Part shown: positions 48,142-56,840 of the stretch, one piece after another
Layout of the letters: every line of letters begins with the position of its first letter
Numbering within the stretch: the first letter of the stretch is position 1
DNA from: an uncultured Chloroflexia bacterium
GTDB taxonomy: Bacteria; Chloroflexota; Limnocylindria; Limnocylindrales; CSP1-4
NCBI GenBank assembly: GCA_963768655.1
Contig: CAVYIM010000003.1
Span: forward strand, 480,001 to 544,000
Length of the DNA: 64,000 nucleotides
Direction of reading: 5' to 3'
Notes under the pieces: generated by a model
The model's database searches: none
Told to the model about the DNA's origin: nothing
Seen by the model: only the letters and a program-made list of their open reading frames with translations
Made by a program: the position numbers and the translations under genes

Positions 48142-49332
48142 TCACGCGCCCCACCCGGCCTGCTGGCCACCGACTCTCTCCGCCGCGACCTTCTCGGCGT
48201 AGCCGGAGCGGGCGAATGCTGCCATGGGGTCCGGGTCCAGGTTCATGTCCGCCCGGACGTCTCGGAGCAGCGGGCGAACGTCCGTGTCGTAGGCGTCCAT
48301 CAAGATGGCGTGCGCCCCGAGGACGTCACCGGCCTGCTGCGCCGCCTCGAGCGCTTTCTGATCGACCAGCAGCGCCTTGGCGGTCGCCTCCTGGACGTTC
48401 ATCACGCTGCGGATCTGACCCGGGATCTTCGCCTCGATGTTGTGGCACTGATCGAGCATGAAGGCGACGCCACTCTCCGGTCGCAGGGCGTCCGCCTTCA
48501 CGCACTCGTGCATGATCCGGAACAGCTGGAAGGGATCGGCTGCGCCGACCATCAGGTCGTCGTCCGCGTAGAAGCGCGAGTTGAAGTCGAAGCCGCCGAG
48601 CTTGTCCGCGCGGAGGAGCTGGGCGACGATGAACTCGATGTTCGTGCCCGGCGCGTGGTGGCCCGTGTCGACGACGACCTTTGCCTTGGGGCCGAGGGCC
48701 ACGCAGTGGGAGAACGACGTGCCCCAGTCCGGCACGTCGGTGTGGTAGAAGGCAGGCTCGAAGAGCTTGTACTCGAGGACCATGCGCTGGTTGGGGCCGA
48801 GCCGCTTGTAGACCTGCGCCAGCGACTCTGCCAGGCGGTCCTGGCGAGCCCGGATGTCGTCCTGGCCGGGGTAGTTGGTGCCGTCGGAGAACCACAGCTT
48901 GAGGTCGCGCGACCCCGTCTTGTCCATGATGTCGACGCACTCGAGGAGGTGGTCGACCGCCTTGCGCCGGACGCGTGCGTCGGGGTGGCAGACGCTGCCG
49001 AGCATGTAGTCGTCGTCCTGGAAGGTGTTCGAGTTGATGGTGCCGAGCGCGACGCCCTTCTCGGCGGCGTGCCGACCCAGGTCCGCATAGTCGTCGACCT
49101 TGTCCCAGGGGATGTGGAGCGCGACGGTCGGCGCGACGCCCGTGTACTTGTTGACCTGGGCCGCGTCGTCGACCTTCTCGTAGGGCGTCCGCGGGACGCC
49201 TTTCTGCGCGAAAACCTTGAACCGGGTGCCGGAGTTGCCGAAGGCCCATGAGGGGAGCTCGATCCGCTGGGTTCGAAGCGCAGCCCTTGCGGACCGACTG
49301 TCGGGAGCTGTCGAAGTCACGGTCGTCTCCAT
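48142..49332 (-). CDS. rhaI: L-rhamnose isomerase (RhaI type)
   Basis: IELPSWAFGNSGTRF, ALHIPWD, EYKLFEP, YADDDL, DQCHNIE. Confidence 0.92.
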   Translation of the reverse strand: METTVTSTAPDSRSARAALRTQRIELPSWAFGNSGTRFKVFAQKGVPRTPYEKVDDAAQVNKYTGVAPTVALHIPWDKVDDYADLGRHAAEKGVALGTINSNTFQDDDYMLGSVCHPDARVRRKAVDHLLECVDIMDKTGSRDLKLWFSDGTNYPGQDDIRARQDRLAESLAQVYKRLGPNQRMVLEYKLFEPAFYHTDVPDWGTSFSHCVALGPKAKVVVDTGHHAPGTNIEFIVAQLLRADKLGGFDFNSRFYADDDLMVGAADPFQLFRIMHECVKADALRPESGVAFMLDQCHNIEAKIPGQIRSVMNVQEATAKALLVDQKALEAAQQAGDVLGAHAILMDAYDTDVRPLLRDVRADMNLDPDPMAAFARSGYAEKVAAERVGGQQAGWGA

Positions 49333-49469
49333 CCCTGTCCACCTGGCGGACGCGCTCAGGCGGACGCGCTCAAACGGTCACCGCGGCCTCGCGCGAAGGG
49401 TCCGCCGAAGGCCCGCGGCGACGGCAGCCACCAGCTTGCCACAGGTTCCGATTAGTTTCAATCTCCTCG

Positions 49470-49499
49470 TTGACAGTTCGATTGCTTCTCGTCTACTGT
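49470..49499 (+). promoter_or_regulatory. Sigma70-like promoter of the rhamnose regulator/transport operon
   Basis: TTGACA-N18-TACTGT in an AT-rich divergent region. Confidence 0.55.
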
Positions 49500-49568
49500 T
49501 TCAACACCCGCTAGCATTCGAAAGTAATGATCCGCACGCGCGGCATCGCCGAAGGAGTTTCTGGCTGG

Positions 49569-50435
49569 ATGGAAACGGGCGATCACCGGGAAGTGTTCGC
49601 GCGTGAGCGCCAGCAGCACATCGCCCGAAGCGTCGAGGAGCAGGGCCGAGTGCGCGTCACTGACCTCGCCGAGAGATTCGCGGTTTCCGAAGTAACCATC
49701 CGGAAGGATCTCCGCGTGCTCGAGACTGAGGGGCGAGTAGTCCGCGCTCACGGCGGCGCGCTGGCGCCCAGCCGGAGCCAGCCGGAGCGCGCCTTCGAGA
49801 TCCGCGAACGCCTCCAGCGCGCGGAGAAGGACCGAATCGGGGCCGCGGCGGCAGCCCTGGTGATCGACGGCGAAAGCATCGCTCTGGATGCGAGCACGAC
49901 CGCCCTGGCCATGGCCCGCCACCTGCGTGCCCGCGGCCACTGGGTGCACCTGACCGTCATAACGAACGGGCTCCGCATCGCCTCGGAGCTCGCGGGCAGC
50001 CGCGGCATCACCGTGGCTCTGCCGGGCGGCTTCGTTCGCTGGGAGGCGCTGTCCGTTGTCGGCCCGCTCGGCGGAGGGCTGCTCGAGAAGGTGAATATCC
50101 AGAAGGCGTTCATGGGCGCCGCCGGTTTCACGCTCGATACGGGCCTGAGCGACGCGACCGACGAGGAGGCGCAGATGAAGCGCCTGATCGTCGCCTCGGC
50201 CAGCGAGGTCGTGGCGCTCGTCGACCACACGAAATGGGGGCGGGCTGCGTTCTCGACGTTCTGCCCCACCGACAGGCTGACTGCCGTCGTGACCGACGAA
50301 GACGCCCCGGACGGTATGACGACCGAGCTGCGCGGGCGTCGGGTCGCCGTTCACATTGCGGCGGCGCTGGAGAAGACACCCGCGCCGGGCATCCGACGGC
50401 CATCGGGCTCCACCCCGCTGGAGACGCCATCATGA
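49569..50435 (+). CDS. DeoR/GlpR-family regulator (rhamnose)
   Basis: VSEVTIRKDL..RAHGGA, LDASTT, DHTKWG. Confidence 0.93.
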   Translation: METGDHREVFARERQQHIARSVEEQGRVRVTDLAERFAVSEVTIRKDLRVLETEGRVVRAHGGALAPSRSQPERAFEIRERLQRAEKDRIGAAAAALVIDGESIALDASTTALAMARHLRARGHWVHLTVITNGLRIASELAGSRGITVALPGGFVRWEALSVVGPLGGGLLEKVNIQKAFMGAAGFTLDTGLSDATDEEAQMKRLIVASASEVVALVDHTKWGRAAFSTFCPTDRLTAVVTDEDAPDGMTTELRGRRVAVHIAAALEKTPAPGIRRPSGSTPLETPS

Positions 50436-52000
50436 GCCAGGAACCGTCTATTGCCGCAGCCGCGGGCGGCGTCACGGGCACCGACGTCGCGAGTGCGTCT
50501 CCTCCCGTCGCACTCGCCGGCGTCTCGAAGAGGTTCGCCGCCACTCAGGCGCTCTCGGACGTCTCGCTGGAATTGATGCCCGGCGAGATCCATGGACTCG
50601 TCGGCGAGAACGGGGCCGGCAAGAGCACGATCGTCAAAGTGCTGGCCGGCGTCCATCAGCCCGATTCCGGCACCGTGCTGCTTGACGGCAAGCCGGTGTT
50701 GATTCACGGACCCGCGCATGCACGCTCGCTCGGCATCGCCACCGTCCACCAGGAGCCGCGTCTGTTCCCCGACCTGACGGTGGCGGAGAACGTCTTCATG
50801 GGCCACGCTCCGACCGGCCGGTTCGGTTCCGTGAACTGGCGAGAGATGCGGCGGTCGGCGGAGGGCTTCTTCGACAGCCTCAGTGTCCAACTGGATCCCA
50901 CGGCGGTCGTCCGCGGTCTATCGATGGCCGACCAGCAGCTCATCGAGATCGCCAAGGCACTCTCGATCGACGCAAGAGTGCTCATCCTCGACGAGCCGAC
51001 GGCATCGCTCTCCGCGCACGAGGTCGATCGGCTGTTTGCCATCGTCCGCCAGACCCGTGACCGCGGCGTGGCCGTCCTGTTTGTCAGCCACCGTCTCGAA
51101 GAGGTGTTCCAGCTGTGCGGCCGCGCGACCGTCGTCCGCGACGGGCGCCACGTGATCACGGCACCGACGTCCGAGCTGACGGCCGCCGACCTGGTGCGCC
51201 ACATGGTCGGCCGTGCCGTGTCGCTCTTCCCGAGGAGCGCCTCGAAGATCGGCGACGTCCTCCTCGACGTCCGGGGGCTGACTCGGATCGGCGCCTTCCG
51301 CGACGTCACGTTCTCCGTCCGGTCGGGTGAGATCGTGGGCCTTGCGGGCCTCGTCGGCGCCGGTCGCACCGAGATTGCCCGCGTCCTGTTCGGCATCGAT
51401 CGCGCCGACGCCGGCGAGGTGTTGCTCGCCGGCCGGCGGGTGCGCTTCGGTACCCCGTCGGAAGCGTTGCAGGCCGGCGTCGCGTACGTCCCGGAGGATC
51501 GGCACCTGGACGGTCTCGTGCCCGGCTTCTCGATCGCGGAGAACGTGTCCCTGCCGATCATTCCGCGACTCTTCCCGCACCTCTTCATCCGACCCAGTCG
51601 CGAGCGCAATCTCGCCGGCGGCTACATCGAGCGGCTGCGAATCCGCTCGACCGGTGCCGGCGAGCTCATCGAAGCGCTCTCCGGCGGGAATCAGCAGAAA
51701 GTGGTCATCGCGAAATGGTTGGCCTCGGAGCCGCGGGTGCTCATCCTCGATGAGCCCACTCGCGGCGTCGACATCGGCGCGAAGGTGGAGGTCCATCGGA
51801 TCATCTCGGACCTCGCGGCTGCGGGCCTCGGAATAGTCCTCATATCGAGCGAGCTTCCTGAAGTCCTCGCCATGAGCGACCGGATCATCGTGCTCCACGA
51901 GGGTCGAATTACCGCCGAGATCCCGCGGGCCGAGGCCTCCGAGGAACGGGTCATGTTCGCAGCGACAGGGCAGGCGGAGGAGACGCACAGTGGCGCTTAG
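50432..52000 (+). CDS. Rhamnose ABC transporter ATP-binding protein
   Basis: GENGAGKST, LSGGNQQKV, DEPTRGVD. Confidence 0.95.
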   Translation: MSQEPSIAAAAGGVTGTDVASASPPVALAGVSKRFAATQALSDVSLELMPGEIHGLVGENGAGKSTIVKVLAGVHQPDSGTVLLDGKPVLIHGPAHARSLGIATVHQEPRLFPDLTVAENVFMGHAPTGRFGSVNWREMRRSAEGFFDSLSVQLDPTAVVRGLSMADQQLIEIAKALSIDARVLILDEPTASLSAHEVDRLFAIVRQTRDRGVAVLFVSHRLEEVFQLCGRATVVRDGRHVITAPTSELTAADLVRHMVGRAVSLFPRSASKIGDVLLDVRGLTRIGAFRDVTFSVRSGEIVGLAGLVGAGRTEIARVLFGIDRADAGEVLLAGRRVRFGTPSEALQAGVAYVPEDRHLDGLVPGFSIAENVSLPIIPRLFPHLFIRPSRERNLAGGYIERLRIRSTGAGELIEALSGGNQQKVVIAKWLASEPRVLILDEPTRGVDIGAKVEVHRIISDLAAAGLGIVLISSELPEVLAMSDRIIVLHEGRITAEIPRAEASEERVMFAATGQAEETHSGA

Positions 52001-53015
52001 CGCTCCGGCGAACGTCACAGCACCGAGCCGTCTCGGCACCTTGATCGGTCGGGCGGCGCGGTCCCGTGAGTTGACGCTCGCGGCCGTGGTGGTCGTGCTG
52101 TCGGCGCTCGTCGCGACTCGCGCCCCCAACTTCCTGTCGCCGGACAACCTGGAGCCTGTGACGACGCTGGCGGCGATCATCGTCATCGCGGCCGTCGGCG
52201 AGGCCCTCGTCATCATCACCAAGAACATCGACCTCTCCGTCGAGTCGACCATGGGTCTCGTCGCTTTCGTCGTCGCCGAGATGCTGAAAGGTCAGACCCT
52301 CCCCATTCCGGCGGCCTGGGCGCTCGGGATCGGGCTCGGCCTCGCGCTGGGCATGGCCAATGGCATCGTCATCACCGTCTTGCGTGTTCCGTCGATCGTG
52401 GCAACGCTTGGCACGCTGAGCATTTATCGCGGCTTGACCTTCTGGGTGGCAAATGGCCGGGAGATCACGACCTCGGACCTCCCGAACGGGTACACGGATC
52501 CGGCCAGCCAGACTTTCTTCGGCGTCCCGCTCTTCGTGATACTGGCCATTGCCGTAGTCATCGTGGTGGGCCTGATTCTTCGATACACCGTATTCGGCCG
52601 GCAGGTCTACGCCGTGGGCAGCAACGCCGAGGCCGCGGCAACCATCGGCATCCAGGCCCGATCGACCGTCTTTCTCGTGTTCGCCCTGGCCGGGATGCTC
52701 GCCGGCGTCGCGGGTGTCCTTTGGGGCATCGAATTCGGGCAGCTCTACGCGTCATCGGCGAGCGGCGAGTCGCTCGCGGTCATAGCCGCTGTCGTCGTCG
52801 GTGGCGTGTCGATCTCTGGCGGCTCGGGGACTGTCGTGGGGGCAGCTATCGGCGCCTTCTTTCTGGCCCTCATCCAGAACGCGCTCGTCGTGCTGAACCT
52901 TCCGCAGGAGTGGCTCCAGGTGATCTACGGGGCCGTGATCCTGCTGGCTGTGGCTACGGATGCGCTGGTCCAGATGCGCACTCAGCGGGCCAGGGCGCGG
53001 AGCCGAATGCGATGA
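51990..53015 (+). CDS. Rhamnose ABC transporter permease
   Basis: NIDLSV, VPSIVATLG, AAVVVGGVSISGGSG. Confidence 0.93.
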   Translation: MALSAPANVTAPSRLGTLIGRAARSRELTLAAVVVVLSALVATRAPNFLSPDNLEPVTTLAAIIVIAAVGEALVIITKNIDLSVESTMGLVAFVVAEMLKGQTLPIPAAWALGIGLGLALGMANGIVITVLRVPSIVATLGTLSIYRGLTFWVANGREITTSDLPNGYTDPASQTFFGVPLFVILAIAVVIVVGLILRYTVFGRQVYAVGSNAEAAATIGIQARSTVFLVFALAGMLAGVAGVLWGIEFGQLYASSASGESLAVIAAVVVGGVSISGGSGTVVGAAIGAFFLALIQNALVVLNLPQEWLQVIYGAVILLAVATDALVQMRTQRARARSRMR

Positions 53016-54133
53016 CGCAAGATCCACGCTCCACCGGCGGGCCAGGTGCACCGCAACCCGCTGCCGAGATGCCGATCGCTGCCGCTGGTCCTTCGGCCAG
53101 CGTCATGAGCCGCATAGGGCGGTATCTGCTCGCGGCCGCCCGCATGGAAACGTTCCTCATCATCCTTCTGGCCCTCGTGGTCTTGTGGGGCGTGCACCTG
53201 TCGCCCTTCTTCCTTACCTGGTCCAACTTCGGCTTCTCTGTTCAGGCCGTCATTGAGATCTCGATCATGTCCCTGGCCATGACCCCGATCATCATCACCG
53301 GCGAAATCGACCTCTCGGTCGAGTCGATGGTCGGCCTCTCGAGCTGCGTTCTGGGGTGGCTGTGGGCCTCGGGTGTTCCCCTCGAGGTGTGTATTCCGAT
53401 CGTTCTGGCGGTTGGCGTCCTGGGCGGCCTCTTCAACGGCGTGTTCGTGGTCCGGTGGGGGCTGCCATCGCTCGTCGTGACCCTCGCGACGTACGCCCTG
53501 TTCCGCGGGCTCGGCCACGTCATCCTGGGCTCGACGGTCGTCACCAACTTCCCCGACTATTTCACCAACATCGGCTTCGGATACGTGCCGGGCACGAATG
53601 TCCCGTGGACGCTCTTCATATTCGTGTTTCTCGCCGTGGTCACCGTGGCAATCGTCCACGGAACCTGGATCGGACGTCAGGTGTTTGCGGCCGGCAAGAA
53701 CAAGGAAGCGGCCCGATATTCCGGCGTTCGCGTCGGGGCCCTCAAGATGGGGCTGTTCGCCGTATCGGGTCTGGTGGCCGCGCTTGCCGGAATCCTGCTC
53801 ACGTCGCGCACCTCGGCCGCTACGCCGGACGCCGGGCTCAATTTCACGCTGGCGGTCGTCACGATCGTGGTACTCGGTGGCGTGGACATCAATGGCGGCA
53901 AAGGCACCGTGCCTGGCGTCATCCTTGCCGTCCTGATCCTCGGGACGCTGAAGAGCGCGTTGACCGAAGCCGGTGTGTCGACGGACTACCAGAACGTAGC
54001 CATCGGGCTGCTTCTGATCGTTTCCGTGGTAACTCCCCAACTGGCTCGCCTGACGCGGGAACTGGTTGGTCGCAATCGTCTCGGACGAAGGCGGCCGGCT
54101 CACGACCCGGCGACGGGCGAGGTCGTTCGTTAG
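53012..54133 (+). CDS. Rhamnose ABC transporter permease
   Basis: EIDLSV, LPSLVVTL, VLGGVDINGGKG. Confidence 0.93.
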   Translation: MTQDPRSTGGPGAPQPAAEMPIAAAGPSASVMSRIGRYLLAAARMETFLIILLALVVLWGVHLSPFFLTWSNFGFSVQAVIEISIMSLAMTPIIITGEIDLSVESMVGLSSCVLGWLWASGVPLEVCIPIVLAVGVLGGLFNGVFVVRWGLPSLVVTLATYALFRGLGHVILGSTVVTNFPDYFTNIGFGYVPGTNVPWTLFIFVFLAVVTVAIVHGTWIGRQVFAAGKNKEAARYSGVRVGALKMGLFAVSGLVAALAGILLTSRTSAATPDAGLNFTLAVVTIVVLGGVDINGGKGTVPGVILAVLILGTLKSALTEAGVSTDYQNVAIGLLLIVSVVTPQLARLTRELVGRNRLGRRRPAHDPATGEVVR

Positions 54134-54215
54134 TGCAGGAAGAGAGGAGTGGTTGATCCAACAGGCCCAACTGAGTCGTCCAATGTTCCGTAGCGTTGTA
54201 AGGAGGAGCAGTTCT

Positions 54216-55376
54216 ATGTCCCATCGTTTGCCGCGAGCGGCCGCAGGTGTGGCCCTCGTATTCATACTCGCGGGCTGCAGTTCGTCTGCAACCCCGAGCC
54301 CGACGGTCCCCCCGACCGCTCCGCCCGTCGTCACGCCCGCCCCGGTAGTCACCCCTGCCCCGGTGGTCACGCCGACCGCGGCCCCCGCGACTCCGACGGC
54401 CGCCCCGACCGGGACGCCGTGTCCGACGGGTGGCATCACCGGTAGCATCGTCATGCTCCCGAAGCAGATCAACAATCCGTACTTCGACGTCGCCTACAAG
54501 GGCGCCCAGAACGCGGCCTGCGATCTCGGCGGCACCCTGACCGAGGTCGGCCCGAGCAGCGCAGACGCGACGCTGCAGATCCCGTTCATTCAGACCGCAA
54601 CCACCCAGGGCGCGAAGGCGATCCTCGTCTCCGCGGACGACGCTAACGTGATCGCCCCGGCCCTGAAGGCGGCGATGGCCGCCGGCATCAAGGTCGTCGG
54701 CTATGACTCGAGCCCTGCCGTTGGTGCCTACACCGTGTTCGTGAACCAGGCTGACACGGCCGGCATCGGCAAGGGCCTCGCCGACATGGCTTGCGACGAA
54801 GCTCCGAGCTGCACCGGCGAGATCGCCGTTCTCTCGGCTGCCCAGACCGCGACGAACCAGAACGCCTGGATCGCCGCCATGAAGACAACGCTGACGGGCT
54901 CGAAGTACGCCGGCCTCAAGCTTGACGGCGTCTACTACGGCAACGACGACCCGACGATCAGCACGCAGCAGACCACGGCCATGCTCGCTGCTCACCCGAA
55001 CCTCAAGGTGATCATCGCCCCGACGACCGTTGGTATCGTCGCCGCGGCGCAGGTCATCACGCAGCAGAATCTCATCGGCAAGGTCTTTGTGACCGGCCTC
55101 GGCACTCCGATGGGTATGCAGACCTTCGTCAAGTCGGGCGCGGCTCCGGAGTTCGCTCTCTGGAACGTTACTGACCTTGGCTACCTGGCCTACGCGGTGG
55201 CCGCGGACCTCATCAAGGGCACCATCACGGGCAAGGTGGGCGACACGTTCACCGTGCCGTCCCTCAACGGCGGCGCGCCGTACACGATCGGCGCCAACAG
55301 CGTCGTCGTTCTCGGTCCTCCGTTCGTCTTTAACGCCCAGAACATCGACCAATACGTCGCATCCTTCGGCTTCTAG
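54216..55376 (+). CDS. rhaS: Rhamnose ABC substrate-binding lipoprotein
   Basis: Lipobox LAGC, PKQINNPYF, TATNQNAWI, APTTVG, FALWN; AGGAGG RBS. Confidence 0.88.
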   Translation: MSHRLPRAAAGVALVFILAGCSSSATPSPTVPPTAPPVVTPAPVVTPAPVVTPTAAPATPTAAPTGTPCPTGGITGSIVMLPKQINNPYFDVAYKGAQNAACDLGGTLTEVGPSSADATLQIPFIQTATTQGAKAILVSADDANVIAPALKAAMAAGIKVVGYDSSPAVGAYTVFVNQADTAGIGKGLADMACDEAPSCTGEIAVLSAAQTATNQNAWIAAMKTTLTGSKYAGLKLDGVYYGNDDPTISTQQTTAMLAAHPNLKVIIAPTTVGIVAAAQVITQQNLIGKVFVTGLGTPMGMQTFVKSGAAPEFALWNVTDLGYLAYAVAADLIKGTITGKVGDTFTVPSLNGGAPYTIGANSVVVLGPPFVFNAQNIDQYVASFGF

Positions 55377-55397
55377 CAACAGCTTCCAGCCACACAT

Positions 55398-55434
55398 GCA
55401 CCGACCCCGGCCCACACGGCGCCGGGGTCGGTGC
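55398..55434 (+). terminator. Hairpin after the substrate-binding protein gene
   Basis: GCACCGACCCCGG...CCGGGGTCGGTGC. Confidence 0.6.
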
Positions 55435-55458
55435 TATTGAGAGAACGAGAGCGCGCGA

Positions 55459-55773
55459 ATGGAACGTGTCGCGTTTGCGATGAAGCTCCTCCCGGGAGCC
55501 GAGGCCGAGTACCGGCGGCGCCACGCCGCGGTCTGGCCCGAGATGCTCGAAGCACTCAAGGCGGCGGGAGCACGTAACTACTCCATCTATCTTCATGACG
55601 ACGATCTGTTCGGCGTCCTGGAAGTCGACGATTTCGACCGCTTCCGAAAGATGATGGACGAAGCGCCTGTCAACGCCCCCTGGCAGGCGGACATGGCGGC
55701 CCTCATCGAACCTTGCATCGATCCGGCGACCGGCTTCCACCGCCGCCTCGACGAGGTATTCCATCTCGACTGA
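55459..55773 (+). CDS. rhaM: L-rhamnose mutarotase
   Basis: EYRRRHAAVWPEM, NYSIYL, EVFHLD. Confidence 0.93.
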   Translation: MERVAFAMKLLPGAEAEYRRRHAAVWPEMLEALKAAGARNYSIYLHDDDLFGVLEVDDFDRFRKMMDEAPVNAPWQADMAALIEPCIDPATGFHRRLDEVFHLD

Positions 55774-55895
55774 ACCCGGCTGCGGCCGTGGGCAGTCCCG
55801 AACCGTGGGACTTCGGGTTCGCGCAGGCTACGATCCGCAGAGTGGTGCTCCGATCCACAGGCTACGCCCGCCAACAAGGAGGTCATCGGAGAAAC

Positions 55896-56759
55896 ATGGC
55901 GCTGAAGGAACCACTCCCGGACCTCGAGGAGATCCTCGCCTCCATCGGGGCGGGCGGCGGCCGTATCGCCGCCATCGACGCCAGCGAGGGCGCCGCCGGC
56001 AATATCTCGGTCTACGTCGGTTGGCCAATGGAGGTCCGCCGCAGGTTCCCGATCGTCGAAGAGATCGAACTGCCGCAGCCTGCGCCGCACCTCGCGAACA
56101 ACCTGGTCATCGTCACCGGCTCAGGCAGGCGCCTGCGCGAGATCCAGGTCGACCCGGTCGCCAACCTGGGAGTCGTGCGAGTCTCGCCCGACGGCACTGC
56201 GGGCGTGCTCCACACCGCGCCGGGCCGGCTGTTCGAGCGGGTCACCTCCGAGTGGAACTCCCACCTCGGGGTGCATGACGACGTGGTGGCGCGAACCGAC
56301 ACCAACTTCCACGCCATCGTCCACGCCCAGCCGCCGCGTCTCACATTCCTCAGCCACGTCCCCGAGTATCGCGACGAGGGCTATCTGAACCGGCGACTGC
56401 TGCGCTGGGAGCCGGAGACGATCATCAACCTGCCGGCCGGGATCGGCGTGCTGCCGTTCATGCTCCCCGGCTCCGCTCCACTTATGGAGGCGAACGTCGA
56501 GAGCCTGCGCACGCACCGCATAGTCATCTGGGCGAAGCACGGCGTCATGGCGCGCTCCAGCATTTCCGTGAAACGGGCAGTCGATCGGATCGAGTATGCC
56601 GAGACGACGGCCAGCTACGAGTACATGGACCTGATGACAGGCGGTCGGGCAGAAGGCCTGACGCTCGACGAGCTACGGGCCGTCGTGGCCGCCTTCGACG
56701 TCGAGACGACGCAGGCATGGCTCGTCGCGCCAGCTGGGGCGCCCCCGAAGTCCAGGTAG
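55896..56759 (+). CDS. rhaD: Class II aldolase, probable rhamnulose-1-phosphate aldolase
   Basis: EGAAGNISV, TGSG, TSEWNSH, HAIVHAQP, WAKHGV; operon context. Confidence 0.8.
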   Translation: MALKEPLPDLEEILASIGAGGGRIAAIDASEGAAGNISVYVGWPMEVRRRFPIVEEIELPQPAPHLANNLVIVTGSGRRLREIQVDPVANLGVVRVSPDGTAGVLHTAPGRLFERVTSEWNSHLGVHDDVVARTDTNFHAIVHAQPPRLTFLSHVPEYRDEGYLNRRLLRWEPETIINLPAGIGVLPFMLPGSAPLMEANVESLRTHRIVIWAKHGVMARSSISVKRAVDRIEYAETTASYEYMDLMTGGRAEGLTLDELRAVVAAFDVETTQAWLVAPAGAPPKSR

Positions 56760-56840
56760 CCAGGCACGCGCGGCCGCCGCTTGGCCGCTCTCGCCAGCCG
56801 GGCCGGCGGTGCCGGCATCTGCGCCGGCGATGTCCGCCGC

